DNA of 64,000 bases from contig CAZBFP010000015.1 in assembly GCA_964491265.1 (NCBI GenBank), positions 16,604 to 80,603 on the forward strand, given 5' to 3'. The stretch's first letter is position 1. Every line of letters begins with the position of its first letter. Source of the stretch: an uncultured Leptospirales bacterium (GTDB lineage Bacteria; Spirochaetota; UBA4802; UBA5550). The notes beneath the pieces are model-generated. The model saw only the letters and a program-made list of their open reading frames with translations, was not told the DNA's origin and made no database searches. Shown here piece after piece: positions 10,874 through 20,498 of the stretch. A program made the position numbers and the translations under genes.

Positions 10874-12157
10874 TTATTCATCTTTCATTTTGATTGATAT
10901 CTCTTTAAATTCTTTTTCTTTTTCTAAAAAAACACCGACGATTTCCGGATCAAAACTTTTTCCGCTCTCTTCGGTTATTATACTTACGCATTTCTCATGG
11001 CTGAAAGCAACTTTATAAGGTCGTACAGTACTCAGTGCATCGTAAACATCCGCCAGTGCCATTATCCTTGCCGAGAGAGGTATATCTTCGCCTTTGAGTT
11101 GTGATGGATATCCTGTGCCGTTCCATTTTTCGTGATGGTATTTACACATCTGTATGGCAATTTTAAAGAAAGAGGTGAATGAAAGTCTCTTTTCTGCTTT
11201 TTCAAGAATATTCGCCCCGTGAAGAGTGTGGCCCTGAATTACCTTAAATTCATCATCTGTCAGATTACCAGGTTTGAGTAGAATTTTGTCTGGTATGGCG
11301 ACTTTGCCTATGTCATGTAGAGGTGCGGATCTGACCAGATCTGAAATGTAATCTTCTGTCATGTATTTTTTGTATTCAATACGGTTTTTCAGTTCATTTG
11401 CAAGTAAAGAGACATATGCTGAAGTCCGTTCAATATGCTTCCCGGTCTCAAGATCCCGAAGTTCCGCCTGGTAACCGAGAGCAAAAATTGTAACATCCTG
11501 TGTTTGTCTTAACTGTATATTTATTATTTTCTGATTGCGGTATGAATGATAAAAGGTAGAGAATAACAGAATATAAAGCAATATTCCTGAAAGCGAAATT
11601 ATAATCCAGATTGTAGATTTTCTATTATGGATTATTGATTTCAAGTGTCCGTTTCCTTCGGAAAGATAGATCACCCCAATTATATTATTATCCGATATTA
11701 CAGGAATAAAAATTCCCAGATAGTATTTATCATTATGCTCTATATATTCATAGCTGGTAGAACCGGATAAAGCTTTTAAAAATTGAACGTTTTCATCTAA
11801 ATTTATCAATGAATCATTTCCGGAAGGGGTACCTGAAATTGTATCTCCATCAATATTTAATATAGCTGTTTTATCTATACCCTTGATTTCCAGGATCTCA
11901 TCAATAATAGTATTAAGATTTTCAGTGAACTTGCCGGATACATTATTTTCTGAAATAGCCTGCAGTATTTCCGGATCTTTTTTTACAAGGAAATTAATCA
12001 GTTCAGGATAAAACTCAATATGAGCCATTAAAAGATGTTCCTTCTGATAGCGGGAGATTGCAACTCCCATTATTGTAGAGACAGCAATAACCATGAAAAG
12101 CATTATCGCAGTATAATAAATAAGAATGTTGCCTGTAATTTTAAGTTTTGTTTTCAT
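10874..12157 (-). CDS. Membrane-anchored HD-GYP cyclic-dinucleotide phosphodiesterase
   Basis: Two TM helices flanking a periplasmic sensor-like region; ETGKH, LHDIGK, HHEKWNGTGYP, ADVYDAL, RPYK. Confidence 0.9.
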   Translation of the reverse strand: MKTKLKITGNILIYYTAIMLFMVIAVSTIMGVAISRYQKEHLLMAHIEFYPELINFLVKKDPEILQAISENNVSGKFTENLNTIIDEILEIKGIDKTAILNIDGDTISGTPSGNDSLINLDENVQFLKALSGSTSYEYIEHNDKYYLGIFIPVISDNNIIGVIYLSEGNGHLKSIIHNRKSTIWIIISLSGILLYILLFSTFYHSYRNQKIINIQLRQTQDVTIFALGYQAELRDLETGKHIERTSAYVSLLANELKNRIEYKKYMTEDYISDLVRSAPLHDIGKVAIPDKILLKPGNLTDDEFKVIQGHTLHGANILEKAEKRLSFTSFFKIAIQMCKYHHEKWNGTGYPSQLKGEDIPLSARIMALADVYDALSTVRPYKVAFSHEKCVSIITEESGKSFDPEIVGVFLEKEKEFKEISIKMKDE

Positions 12158-12613
12158 TTAATCCTTCGTTTATAGAAGTTCTTTAATTTGAAGTTAAATC
12201 ACTTATTTTGAATTTATTGATAAAACCGTTAAGTTGTTCTGCAGACATGTTCAGGTCATCCGCGTCATTGAAGATTGCTCTATCCTTTTATGCACATATA
12301 TTTTATATTACTCAGGTGCATCTTGCTTTAATTATACATGTATATACTACTAATATTATTTAAATAGTATAGTTTAAATAAAGAAAGTTACCATTTATTA
12401 CTAATTTTTACTATACTATTTACTGCAAATTATGGTGAAGACGGTTTAATATCCACTTTTTTAATCGTAAAAATATTTTATAACAACAGTTACATTAAGA
12501 ATGCTTCATCTTTTAACTGTATTTAATTATCCTAATTTTAATATTATTTTCCAGGATCACTATAATATATTGAAGGTTATTTTAAAGTTATTTTAAAAAA
12601 ATTTAAAAATAAA

Positions 12614-12736
12614 ACAGTAATTATTCCTAAAGATATTTTTTAGATCAAAAATGATGTTTCCCATATCCCAGCCGCCTACGGCGACGGGGATATTAGAGCA
12701 TTTTATTTCAAATACAAGTTCAGGAATTAACATTGA
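12614..12736 (+). mobile_element. Family A MITE-like element
   Basis: ACAGTAATTATTCCT...AGGAATTAACATTGA; central hairpin ATATCCC-GCC-TAC-GGC-GGGATAT; flanks AAATAAA/TAATAAA. Confidence 0.8.
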
Positions 12737-12820
12737 TAATAAAAGTAAGTTTTTAAATTGACAAAAATCTCTTTTATAAAAGTGTTACTATAATTCAAAA
12801 AATAAAGGATGTGATTTTTT

Positions 12821-13066
12821 ATGACGAGCCCATTAGAAGTCGAAGTTAATGGTGACATCGAAAAAGCCTTCAAGAATCTTAAGAAAAAAATGGCCTTTGA
12901 GGGTATCTTTAAAGAGCTGAAAAGACGAAGATACTACGAAAAACCGAGCGAAGAGAAGAAGCGGAAGAAAGAGGAAGCTGAAAGGCGCAGACTTAAGAAG
13001 ATAAGACGGATGCAGGTCCAGAATACTAAAGGCAAAAAGATGACACGTGCCGGCGCTAAGGACTAA
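12821..13066 (+). CDS. rpsU: 30S ribosomal protein S21
   Basis: IEKAFKNLKKK...ELKRRRYYEKPSE. Confidence 0.95.
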   Translation: MTSPLEVEVNGDIEKAFKNLKKKMAFEGIFKELKRRRYYEKPSEEKKRKKEEAERRRLKKIRRMQVQNTKGKKMTRAGAKD

Positions 13067-13086
13067 AAGGGTTTAGCAATTTTTAC

Positions 13087-13120
13087 AAAAAAGGCTGTTC
13101 AATAATGAACAGCCTTTTTT
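13087..13120 (+). terminator. Intrinsic terminator after rpsU
   Basis: AAAAAAGGCTGTTCA-ATAA-TGAACAGCCTTTTTT. Confidence 0.9.
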
Positions 13121-13137
13121 AATTATTTACTGAAATA

Positions 13138-13402
13138 TCAGAGTTAATCCCTTAATTTCTATTTGGAATAAAATGCACTAATATCGGGGCTGTCCAAAAA
13201 GTAATTTTCCTGTCATACCGGCTGAAGCGAAGCGGAATGCCGGTATCTCTTAGGCTTGATTTAATCAGGAGATTCCGGTATTTGCAATAATTGAAGTTGC
13301 AAAACCGGAATGACAATTCCTTGCAAATCCGACTTTTGAGACAGTCTCGATATTGAAAACAGCATAATTATATCATAAGATATCTTTACAAATAATTACC
13401 AC
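13138..13402 (-). mobile_element. Family A element (reverse) carrying a nested family B element
   Basis: Arms 13138-13185 and 13349-13402 match the reverse complement of the family A arms; exact 7-bp flanks TGAAATA/TGAAATA. Confidence 0.8.
13186..13348 (+). repeat. Family B 163-bp element (IS-like ends enclosing a REP-like hairpin dimer), copy 1
   Basis: GGGGCTGTCCAAAAAGT...ACTTTTGAGACAGTCTC enclosing GTCATACCGGC..GCCGGTATC and GATTCCGG..CCGGAATGAC. Confidence 0.85.
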
Positions 13403-13442
13403 TGAAATATTATTAACTCTGCAATATTCAAGGAGGGCTGCT

Positions 13443-14750
13443 ATGTTGAATCGAGGCGGCGATCTTTTCCCTGTAAACAATAATGCAATAACTCCACTTG
13501 CCGAAAGATGCAGACCTTTTTCACTTGATGACTATATAGGGCAGGAACACCTGACCGGTGAAGGGAAACTGATCCGGACCCTGGTAAAAAGCGGGAAAGC
13601 CTTTTCCATGATACTCTGGGGTGATCCTGGTACAGGGAAAACCACACTGGCAAAGATTATAGCGGAAAGCTGTTCTATGGAATATTATTATCTAAGCGCT
13701 ATCTCAGCCGGGGTTGCGGATGTAAGAAAAGTTATTGGAGAAGGGGAGAAAAACAGGAGAGGAGGACTCCAGACCCTTCTTTTTCTGGATGAAATTCATC
13801 GTTTTAATAAGGCGCAGCAGGATGCAGTACTTGGTGCTGTTGAGTCAGGCGATATTGTTTTAATCGGCGCCACAACAGAAAACCCCTCATTCAGTGTCAT
13901 TTCCCCCCTCCTTTCCCGTGCCCGTGTATTAAAGCTTAACAGGCTCAGTGATCAGGCTCTTAAAAAAATTCTGGATAATGCAATAGATAATGACTCTATC
14001 CTTAAAGAGAGAGATCTGAAATTTGAAGAAGGAGTAAAGGAAACTCTCACTCTCCTTGGGAACGGGGATGCAAGAAGAATGCTTAATGTGCTTGAAGTAT
14101 CATGCTTTATTTCCGGGAGCGGCCCGGTTACAGCAGATGCAGTTGCAGAAGCCTTTGAAAATACAATGATTTATTATGACAGGAAAGGTGACAGGCATTA
14201 CGATACAATCTCCGCATTCATTAAGTCAATGAGAGGCTCTGACCCTGATGCAGCTGTATACTACCTTTCCAAAATGATTCTTGCAGGTGAGGATCCGGAA
14301 TTTATTGCAAGAAGAATGGTAATTTTCGCTTCTGAGGATATTGGTAATGCTGTTCCCAATGCCCTTTCACTTGCAGTGACCACCTTTACTGCAGTAAAGA
14401 ATATAGGTATGCCTGAATCGGAAATAATTCTCTCCCAGTGCGCCATATTTCTCGCCTCATCCCCCAAAAGCAATGCATCATATAAAGCGATTAAAGAAGC
14501 AAAAGCTGTTGCTCTATCTGATAACAGGGAAATACCTATGCATCTGCGCAATGCGCCAACCGGCCTGATGAAAAATTCCGGTTACGGTAAAGGGTATAAA
14601 TATCCCCACGATTATGAAGGTTCATTTGTTGAAGAGAATTATCTGCCTCATGACCTTAGCGGAAAGGTTTTTTACAGGCCCACAGATCATGGAGGGGAGA
14701 AAGCTTTGAAGGAGAGGCTGGAAAAATTATGGCCTTTAAAGTATAAATGA
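13443..14750 (+). CDS. rarA: Replication-associated recombination protein A (AAA+ ATPase)
   Basis: PLAERCRP, GDPGTGKTT, DEIHRFNKAQQD, GATTENP, SAFIKSMRGSD, ASEDIG, HLRNAPT. Confidence 0.95.
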   Translation: MLNRGGDLFPVNNNAITPLAERCRPFSLDDYIGQEHLTGEGKLIRTLVKSGKAFSMILWGDPGTGKTTLAKIIAESCSMEYYYLSAISAGVADVRKVIGEGEKNRRGGLQTLLFLDEIHRFNKAQQDAVLGAVESGDIVLIGATTENPSFSVISPLLSRARVLKLNRLSDQALKKILDNAIDNDSILKERDLKFEEGVKETLTLLGNGDARRMLNVLEVSCFISGSGPVTADAVAEAFENTMIYYDRKGDRHYDTISAFIKSMRGSDPDAAVYYLSKMILAGEDPEFIARRMVIFASEDIGNAVPNALSLAVTTFTAVKNIGMPESEIILSQCAIFLASSPKSNASYKAIKEAKAVALSDNREIPMHLRNAPTGLMKNSGYGKGYKYPHDYEGSFVEENYLPHDLSGKVFYRPTDHGGEKALKERLEKLWPLKYK

Positions 14751-14756
14751 CTGAAA

Positions 14757-15293
14757 TTACCGTGATACAAATTTTCTGTAATTAATTATCTTATCCATGA
14801 GCCTTTTTGCAGTTCTTTTATCTGATCCCTCAAGGTGAAGGAATATTATTTCCGATTCCTCCAGGTAGGCTGATATTTTTTCATTGTCCCAGTGAGCAGG
14901 GGGCGGATCAAGATTGGTTATTCTGTCAGACATTTTTACAATAGCGATTTCCGGTGTCATCTTCCCTATTCTCAGTAAAGAGTCCTGCATTCTCAGGCTT
15001 TTTTCTATGGATTTATTTTTTGTAAGAGCCAGCACCCCTTTTGCTGTATCTTCTCCAAATTCAGAAAGAATATCATTATATAATATTGCAGTATCTTCAA
15101 GAGTGTCGTGAAGAAGGGCGCAGTTTATCAGCAGTTCATGGTACAGGTCTGTCCTTTCTTCAGTCGCAGAAACTGCCTCGCAGCAGACCCTGGCGCAGTG
15201 AACAATATAGGGGATTCCGCTCCCCGGTATGCTCTGACCCCTGTGAGCCTTAGCTGCAAAAATTATTGCTTTTGAGTAAATATCCTGAAGCAT
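14757..15293 (-). CDS. Standalone RelA/SpoT-type HD hydrolase (small alarmone hydrolase/Mesh1-like)
   Basis: AHRGQ, PYIVH, LLHDTLEDT, ALTK, KMSDRITNL. Confidence 0.85.
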   Translation of the reverse strand: MLQDIYSKAIIFAAKAHRGQSIPGSGIPYIVHCARVCCEAVSATEERTDLYHELLINCALLHDTLEDTAILYNDILSEFGEDTAKGVLALTKNKSIEKSLRMQDSLLRIGKMTPEIAIVKMSDRITNLDPPPAHWDNEKISAYLEESEIIFLHLEGSDKRTAKRLMDKIINYRKFVSR

Positions 15294-15324
15294 TTCCCTG
15301 TTCCGTTTTATTATTAACCTGTAG

Positions 15325-15447
15325 TCAGTAATTATTCCTGAAGATGTATTTTAGTGAAATATTGCTGTTTCCAATTGCACCGCCGCCTTCGGCAGCGGTG
15401 CAATTAGAGCATTTTTCTTAAAATAAAAGTTAAGAAATTAACACTAA
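15325..15447 (+). mobile_element. Family A MITE-like element
   Basis: TCAGTAATTATTCCTG...AAGAAATTAACACTAA; hairpin AATTGCACCGC-GCC-TTC-GGC-GCGGTGCAATT; flanks CCTGTAG/CCTGAAG. Confidence 0.85.
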
Positions 15448-15564
15448 CCTGAAGTATAGAAGATTATCACTCTTTTTGCAATAACTTTCAGTTTCCTGAC
15501 GAAAAAAACTTGATTCCCCTGTTGGTGCTTAATAATTGGATATATTCTATTAAGAGGAGTTTAT

Positions 15565-15840
15565 ATGAAAGAATTATCAGGGAGACAGAGAAGGGAACTC
15601 AAATCTCTTGCTCATCACCTTAATCCTGTTGTTCAGATAGGTCAGAAGGGTTTAAGTGAAAGTGTAATCAAGGCTTTTGAAAAAACGATCGATGACCATG
15701 AATTGATAAAGGTGAGATTTGTAGATTTTAAGGAAGATAAAAAGCAGCTTTCCCTTGATTTGAGCAGGAAAACAGGTGCCGCACTTGTTGATATAATCGG
15801 TAATGTATCTATATTTTACCGGGAAAAAGCTGAAGATTAG
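15565..15840 (+). CDS. yhbY: CRM-domain RNA-binding protein YhbY
   Basis: LKSLAHHLNPVVQIGQKGL, HELIKV, IG...YR. Confidence 0.93.
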   Translation: MKELSGRQRRELKSLAHHLNPVVQIGQKGLSESVIKAFEKTIDDHELIKVRFVDFKEDKKQLSLDLSRKTGAALVDIIGNVSIFYREKAED

Positions 15841-15860
15841 AATTAAAGGAATAATGATTT

Positions 15861-16122
15861 TTAATGTTAATTCCTGAAAATATATTTTAGTATAGAAATG
15901 GACAATTCCTTATGGGGCTGTCCAAAAAGTAATTTCATTGTCATGCCGGCTGTAGCGAAGCGGAATGCCGGTATCTCTAAGGCCTGATTATATCAGGAGA
16001 TTCCGGTATTTGCACAAATTGAATTTGCAAAACAGGAATGACAAATTCTCTCAAATCTGACTTTTGAGGAAGCTCCATAATAGAACACTTCCAGCAATAA
16101 TAAGTTTAGTAATAAATAGTGA
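15861..16122 (+). mobile_element. Degenerate family A element (forward) carrying a nested family B element
   Basis: TTAATGTTAATTCCTGAAAATATATTTTAG left arm, AAGTTTAGTAATAAATAGTGA right end; flanks ATGATTT/ATGATCT. Confidence 0.65.
15914..16076 (+). repeat. Family B 163-bp element, copy 2
   Basis: Colinear with, and the same length as, 13186-13348. Confidence 0.85.
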
Positions 16123-16214
16123 ATGATCTTTGCTGTTGGTTTTATTTTAACCATTTAATTGACAAAAAAACTTAATGGCGGGAAGCTTGCAGATATAATT
16201 CGATGGAGGGGAAT

Positions 16215-17228
16215 ATGAAAAAGTATAAAGTTGTGATTGTTGGCGCCCTTGGTGCTGTTGGAAAGGAATTCCGTAAGATTCTGCTTGAGAGAGAGTTCCC
16301 TATAGATAAAATAAAATTTGTAGATCTTGCAGATGTGGGGAGTGTTGTGGATTTTGGTGATATGCAGGTAACTGTTGAAGCTCCATCTGATGATACATAT
16401 AATGGCTATGACCTGGCGCTTTTTTCAGCCGGGGCTGGTGTGAGTCTTAAGGAGGCGGAAAAAGCAGTAAAAGCCGGATGTGTTGTTGTTGATAACAGCT
16501 CGGCCTGGCGAATGGATCCATCTGTCCCCCTTGTTGTTCCTGAAGTCAATCCTCAGGATGTGGAGTGGCATAAAGGTATTATTGCAAATCCCAACTGCTC
16601 AACAATACAGATGCTTCTCCCTTTAAAGCTTATACATGATGCTGCTAAAATAAAAAGAGTTGTAGTGAGCACATACCAGGCTGTTTCCGGTACTGGTGTT
16701 AATGCAATACAGGAGTGCATCAAGCAGTCACTTGAAGTTTCACAGGGTAAAAATACTTCAGATGTTTCAGTATATCCCCATCAGATAGCTTTTAACGCTC
16801 TACCCCATATTGATGATTTTCTTGATAATGGCTATACAAAAGAAGAGATGAAAATGCTCAATGAAACCAGAAAAATTATCGGGGACAATTCAATAAGACT
16901 TACCGCCACTGCCGTGCGGGTCCCTGTAATTTATGGTCATTCAGAATCAATAAATATTGAAACGGAAAAAAAGCTGACCCCTGCAGATGTAAGAGAACTG
17001 CTCACGGGGAAACCGGGAATAACTGTTCTTGATGACCCTCAAAAAAATATTTACCCCATGGCCCTTGATGCCGCAGGGAAGGATGATGTTTTTGTGGGGA
17101 GAATAAGGGAGGATGAGTCTATTGATAATGGTATCAATATGTGGGTCGTTTCTGATAATATTAGAAAGGGTGCTGCTCTTAATACAATACAAATAGGTGA
17201 GCTCCTTATTAAAAAAGGACTTCTTTAA
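16215..17228 (+). CDS. asd: Aspartate-semialdehyde dehydrogenase
   Basis: GALGAVG, DNSSAWRM, PEVN, NPNCST, YQAVSG, GHSE, DNIRKGAA. Confidence 0.97.
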   Translation: MKKYKVVIVGALGAVGKEFRKILLEREFPIDKIKFVDLADVGSVVDFGDMQVTVEAPSDDTYNGYDLALFSAGAGVSLKEAEKAVKAGCVVVDNSSAWRMDPSVPLVVPEVNPQDVEWHKGIIANPNCSTIQMLLPLKLIHDAAKIKRVVVSTYQAVSGTGVNAIQECIKQSLEVSQGKNTSDVSVYPHQIAFNALPHIDDFLDNGYTKEEMKMLNETRKIIGDNSIRLTATAVRVPVIYGHSESINIETEKKLTPADVRELLTGKPGITVLDDPQKNIYPMALDAAGKDDVFVGRIREDESIDNGINMWVVSDNIRKGAALNTIQIGELLIKKGLL

Positions 17229-17236
17229 ACATAATT

Positions 17237-17271
17237 TTTCCATGGGCTGGTGTATAAGCCGCCCATGGAAA
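17237..17271 (+). terminator. Hairpin after asd
   Basis: TTTCCATGGGC...GCCCATGGAAA. Confidence 0.55.
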
Positions 17272-17540
17272 TCTCCGGTTTATTTTTCAGCTGCCGTAAA
17301 AGTGTAATTTCCTTTCCTTGAGATAGCCGAATTAATACAAAAATGCTTTATTTTTTAATTTACCCGCTTTTTGTCCTTTTATGGTGCATAAATTGAAGTT
17401 ATATTGTTGCAATTGAAAAGGTTATATCTTATCTTTATTATGCCGAATAGAGATGAAGTGTTTAATTTACTAAATTATTTTATCTTTTTTTTCGATTATA
17501 TAAACAGGCAAAAATATATAAAAAGGATCTGCAACAGGAT

Positions 17541-19265
17541 ATGAGAAAAGTAATATTTTATTTTGATCCCACAGCCCAGACAATACTGATACAGCGGAAA
17601 AATAAGGCTGGTGAGTTAAAAACAGTATTATCATCCGTAAATAATTTTGTCTCTGAAGGTGAAATTGTTGCTGCAGTAGTAGATGTTAAGGAGCATGAGG
17701 ATATGGCTTCTTATGTTAATTCTGCCTACACTTTTTATAAGGTAATAGACTATTTTAATTTTACTGCGGGTCAGGGTGTATATTTTGATGATATAGAAAA
17801 AGTATATAAAGCTTCCTATTATGGTTTTATTATATTTAAGGATAAAAAGATACAGGTCCTTTCTCCTTTAGTCTATGGCAAGGATAAACTGAAAGCATAC
17901 TATAATGTTTTTCCTTCACGTACAGGCCAGTTCCCCCCCTACAGGGAGGTTGAAGAGGTGCTGAGGGGAGAGAATGTTGTTTATATTATTCCAAAAGAGG
18001 ATTATGAAAAGCAGATTGGTGAACTTGATACAGCTCAGCCCCGTCTTGTGCGGGTGCTCGTTGCTGAGGGGCGGGAGCCGGTAAATGGATATGATGACTA
18101 TTATGAGCCGCTTTTAAATTTTGAGAAAAAGGCGGGTAAAATTCTGGCAGACGGCAGAATAGACTTTAAAGAGGTTGATTCTATAATACAGGTTCAGAAA
18201 AACCAGGAGATACTTCTCCATGTGCCTGGCATTAAATCTGAAGACGGATTTGATGTTTTTGGTGAAAAAATACCTGCTTCAAAGGAGCCTGCAAAGGGTT
18301 ACAGAAAGGGTGATAACCTTGTCCAGTCAGGTTTTGATGCTAAAGTATTTCTGGCCGGCCTTGACGGATGTGTAAGACTTGAAAAGAATAAGGTTTCGGT
18401 TCTCCCTATAGCTATGATAAATGGAGATATTGATCTTGATTCCGGTAATATTGATTTTAACGGAACTGTTCATATTACAGGTTCAGTAAAACCGGGGTTT
18501 AAAGTTAAGGCTGCAAGCGACATTATTGTTGAAAAGGATGTGGAGGATGCCCAGCTTGTTGCCGGAGGGAGTATTTATGTTAAACTTGGTGTTGTGGGGA
18601 AGGAGTCTGTAAAGCTTATTGCAGGGGGGGAGGTTAAGGCACGCTTTATGCAGAACGCAAAAGTTGAGGCAATGAAGAGTGTAATAATCGAGGACTCAAT
18701 AATAAACTGCGATATTGTATCCTATGATTCGATAATTGTTAATTCCCCCACAGGGAAAATAATAGGCGGTAAACTTGTAGCTTTAAATGAAGTAAGAGCA
18801 AGTGTAATAGGGACACAGAATGAAACCAGTACAAGTATTGCTGTGGGGCGTAATTATGCTGTTGAAAAGGAGCTTGCAGATAAAAGGGCGGAAGTGAAAA
18901 TAGTTAAAGATAAAGTGGACGAGATTAATAATCAGCTTAAAATGCAGTTTGGCGATGAGATATTTCAGAACCCAAAGGAGTATATTAAGATACTCCCCCC
19001 TATCAAGAAGAAAAACTGTCTTCTTCTCCTGAATGATTTAAGTAATGCCAACAGGGACATGAAGAAACTTATTGAGGAGGCAAAAGATATTGAAGTCAGG
19101 AATAAACCTGACAAAGAGCCTTTTGTTATTGTTACCAATAAAATTTATGGCGGTGTTCTCCTTAATATAAAGAAGAGTGTCAAGAAGATTGAACAAAGTA
19201 TAGAGAATGTAAAATTTTTTGAAGATCCCACTGAAAAAACTATCAGACTTACATCCGCTGTATAA
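17541..19265 (+). CDS. FapA/DUF342 family protein
   Basis: GRIDFKE, GFDVFG, GNIDFNGTVHITGSV, GKIIGG beta-helix repeats and a C-terminal coiled coil. Confidence 0.85.
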   Translation: MRKVIFYFDPTAQTILIQRKNKAGELKTVLSSVNNFVSEGEIVAAVVDVKEHEDMASYVNSAYTFYKVIDYFNFTAGQGVYFDDIEKVYKASYYGFIIFKDKKIQVLSPLVYGKDKLKAYYNVFPSRTGQFPPYREVEEVLRGENVVYIIPKEDYEKQIGELDTAQPRLVRVLVAEGREPVNGYDDYYEPLLNFEKKAGKILADGRIDFKEVDSIIQVQKNQEILLHVPGIKSEDGFDVFGEKIPASKEPAKGYRKGDNLVQSGFDAKVFLAGLDGCVRLEKNKVSVLPIAMINGDIDLDSGNIDFNGTVHITGSVKPGFKVKAASDIIVEKDVEDAQLVAGGSIYVKLGVVGKESVKLIAGGEVKARFMQNAKVEAMKSVIIEDSIINCDIVSYDSIIVNSPTGKIIGGKLVALNEVRASVIGTQNETSTSIAVGRNYAVEKELADKRAEVKIVKDKVDEINNQLKMQFGDEIFQNPKEYIKILPPIKKKNCLLLLNDLSNANRDMKKLIEEAKDIEVRNKPDKEPFVIVTNKIYGGVLLNIKKSVKKIEQSIENVKFFEDPTEKTIRLTSAV

Positions 19266-19448
19266 TTATTTTAATTAACTCCGGTAGAGTTATTGACACA
19301 ATTGATTGATTCAGGATATGTATCCTAGATTAATAAGATTTTTAATCTTGTGAGTAGTTAATCCTGGAAACTGCTTCAGAATTACCATCTTACGCAGTTC
19401 TGCGGGAATAAATACTGACATTATATTAAATGAGTTGAGAGGTGTCTT

Positions 19449-19619
19449 ATGAGTATGCCCGGAATTTGGGAATTAGCCATAATTTTTCTGATTGTTCTTG
19501 TTCTTTTTGGTGCGGGAAAAATTCCGAAAATTGCGAAGGATATTGGAGGCGGTATAAGAGAATTTAAAAGATCGCTGACAGGTGAAAATGATGAAAAAGA
19601 CAAAGATAAAGAAAAGTGA
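19449..19619 (+). CDS. tatA: Twin-arginine translocase subunit TatA/E
   Basis: MSMPGIWELAIIFLIVLVLFGAGKIPKIAKDIGGGIREFK, 56 aa; SD GAGG; below the ORF-track size cutoff. Confidence 0.92.
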   Translation: MSMPGIWELAIIFLIVLVLFGAGKIPKIAKDIGGGIREFKRSLTGENDEKDKDKEK

Positions 19620-19621
19620 TA

Positions 19622-20464
19622 ATGAAAGAGCATAGTACCTATTTGATTTCAAAAAAAGAGTCTGCTTTAAAAAGCGGCAGTATCACCCCGGAAATGTTCG
19701 ATTTTTACCATAAGCTTTTTCTTATGCAGGAGGAGTTTATTAAAAACCTCGATTCACAGGGTGCTTCGCTGTTTAAAACCGGAGATAAGAATCTGCCTGC
19801 TTTTAAAGCGGAATTGCTTGAATTCACTGATGCTCTTACGGGTGAACTTGACAAGCTTCTCAATAATATTATTGAGTTGATTAAAAAGGATAACAGCGGT
19901 CTTAATTTTGATACTCTGGCTAAGGAATTCAAAGGTTTTGCTCCTGATGTTTTTGCACAGCTCATTAACAGAGACTTTGATGGTCTGGAAAAACAGGCTT
20001 CTTCGTGTAAACTCGATCTGGATGAATTTATTTTTGTTTTACATAATGTATTTAAGCCGCTTATGGTTTTTATAAGAACCATAAGCGGTTTTAGACTTGA
20101 ATCGGATGAAGACTGGCTTGAAAATCATTGTCCTTTTTGCGGATATCTTCCTGGAATGGGGAAAATATCAGGTTCTAAGGATAATCAGAGAATATTAAGC
20201 TGTGCACTCTGCGAAAATGAGTGGAAGTTTGTGCGTGTGACCTGTACTTTCTGCGGTAATTCTGAACAGAAGGAGCAGGGTTATTTTGAGTTTACTGAGA
20301 ACCCTGTTTACCGTGTATATTATTGCAATCAGTGCAAGTCCTATATAAAAAGTATCAATGTGCCTAAATCTATGGAAGATGAGGGATTTGATCTCCATGT
20401 TGAGGATATTCTTACAACCTATCTTGACTCATCAATGCTGGGTAAGGGGTATTTCAGACCCTGA
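19622..20464 (+). CDS. fdhE: Formate dehydrogenase accessory protein FdhE
   Basis: Four CxxC motifs: CPFCG, CALCENEW, CTFCG, CNQCKSYIK. Confidence 0.85.
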   Translation: MKEHSTYLISKKESALKSGSITPEMFDFYHKLFLMQEEFIKNLDSQGASLFKTGDKNLPAFKAELLEFTDALTGELDKLLNNIIELIKKDNSGLNFDTLAKEFKGFAPDVFAQLINRDFDGLEKQASSCKLDLDEFIFVLHNVFKPLMVFIRTISGFRLESDEDWLENHCPFCGYLPGMGKISGSKDNQRILSCALCENEWKFVRVTCTFCGNSEQKEQGYFEFTENPVYRVYYCNQCKSYIKSINVPKSMEDEGFDLHVEDILTTYLDSSMLGKGYFRP

Positions 20465-20498
20465 TTAAAAACATTACTTTTTTTTGGAGTATTTCATT

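Noticed and set aside
12160-12610. Long AT-rich intergenic region
   Set aside because: No ORF, repeat or stable structure that I can support.
19351-19418. Possible short family A derivative upstream of tatA (TGAGTAGTTAATCCT...GGGAATAAATACTGA)
   Set aside because: Only the ends resemble A; there is no internal similarity or TSD, so chance cannot be excluded.
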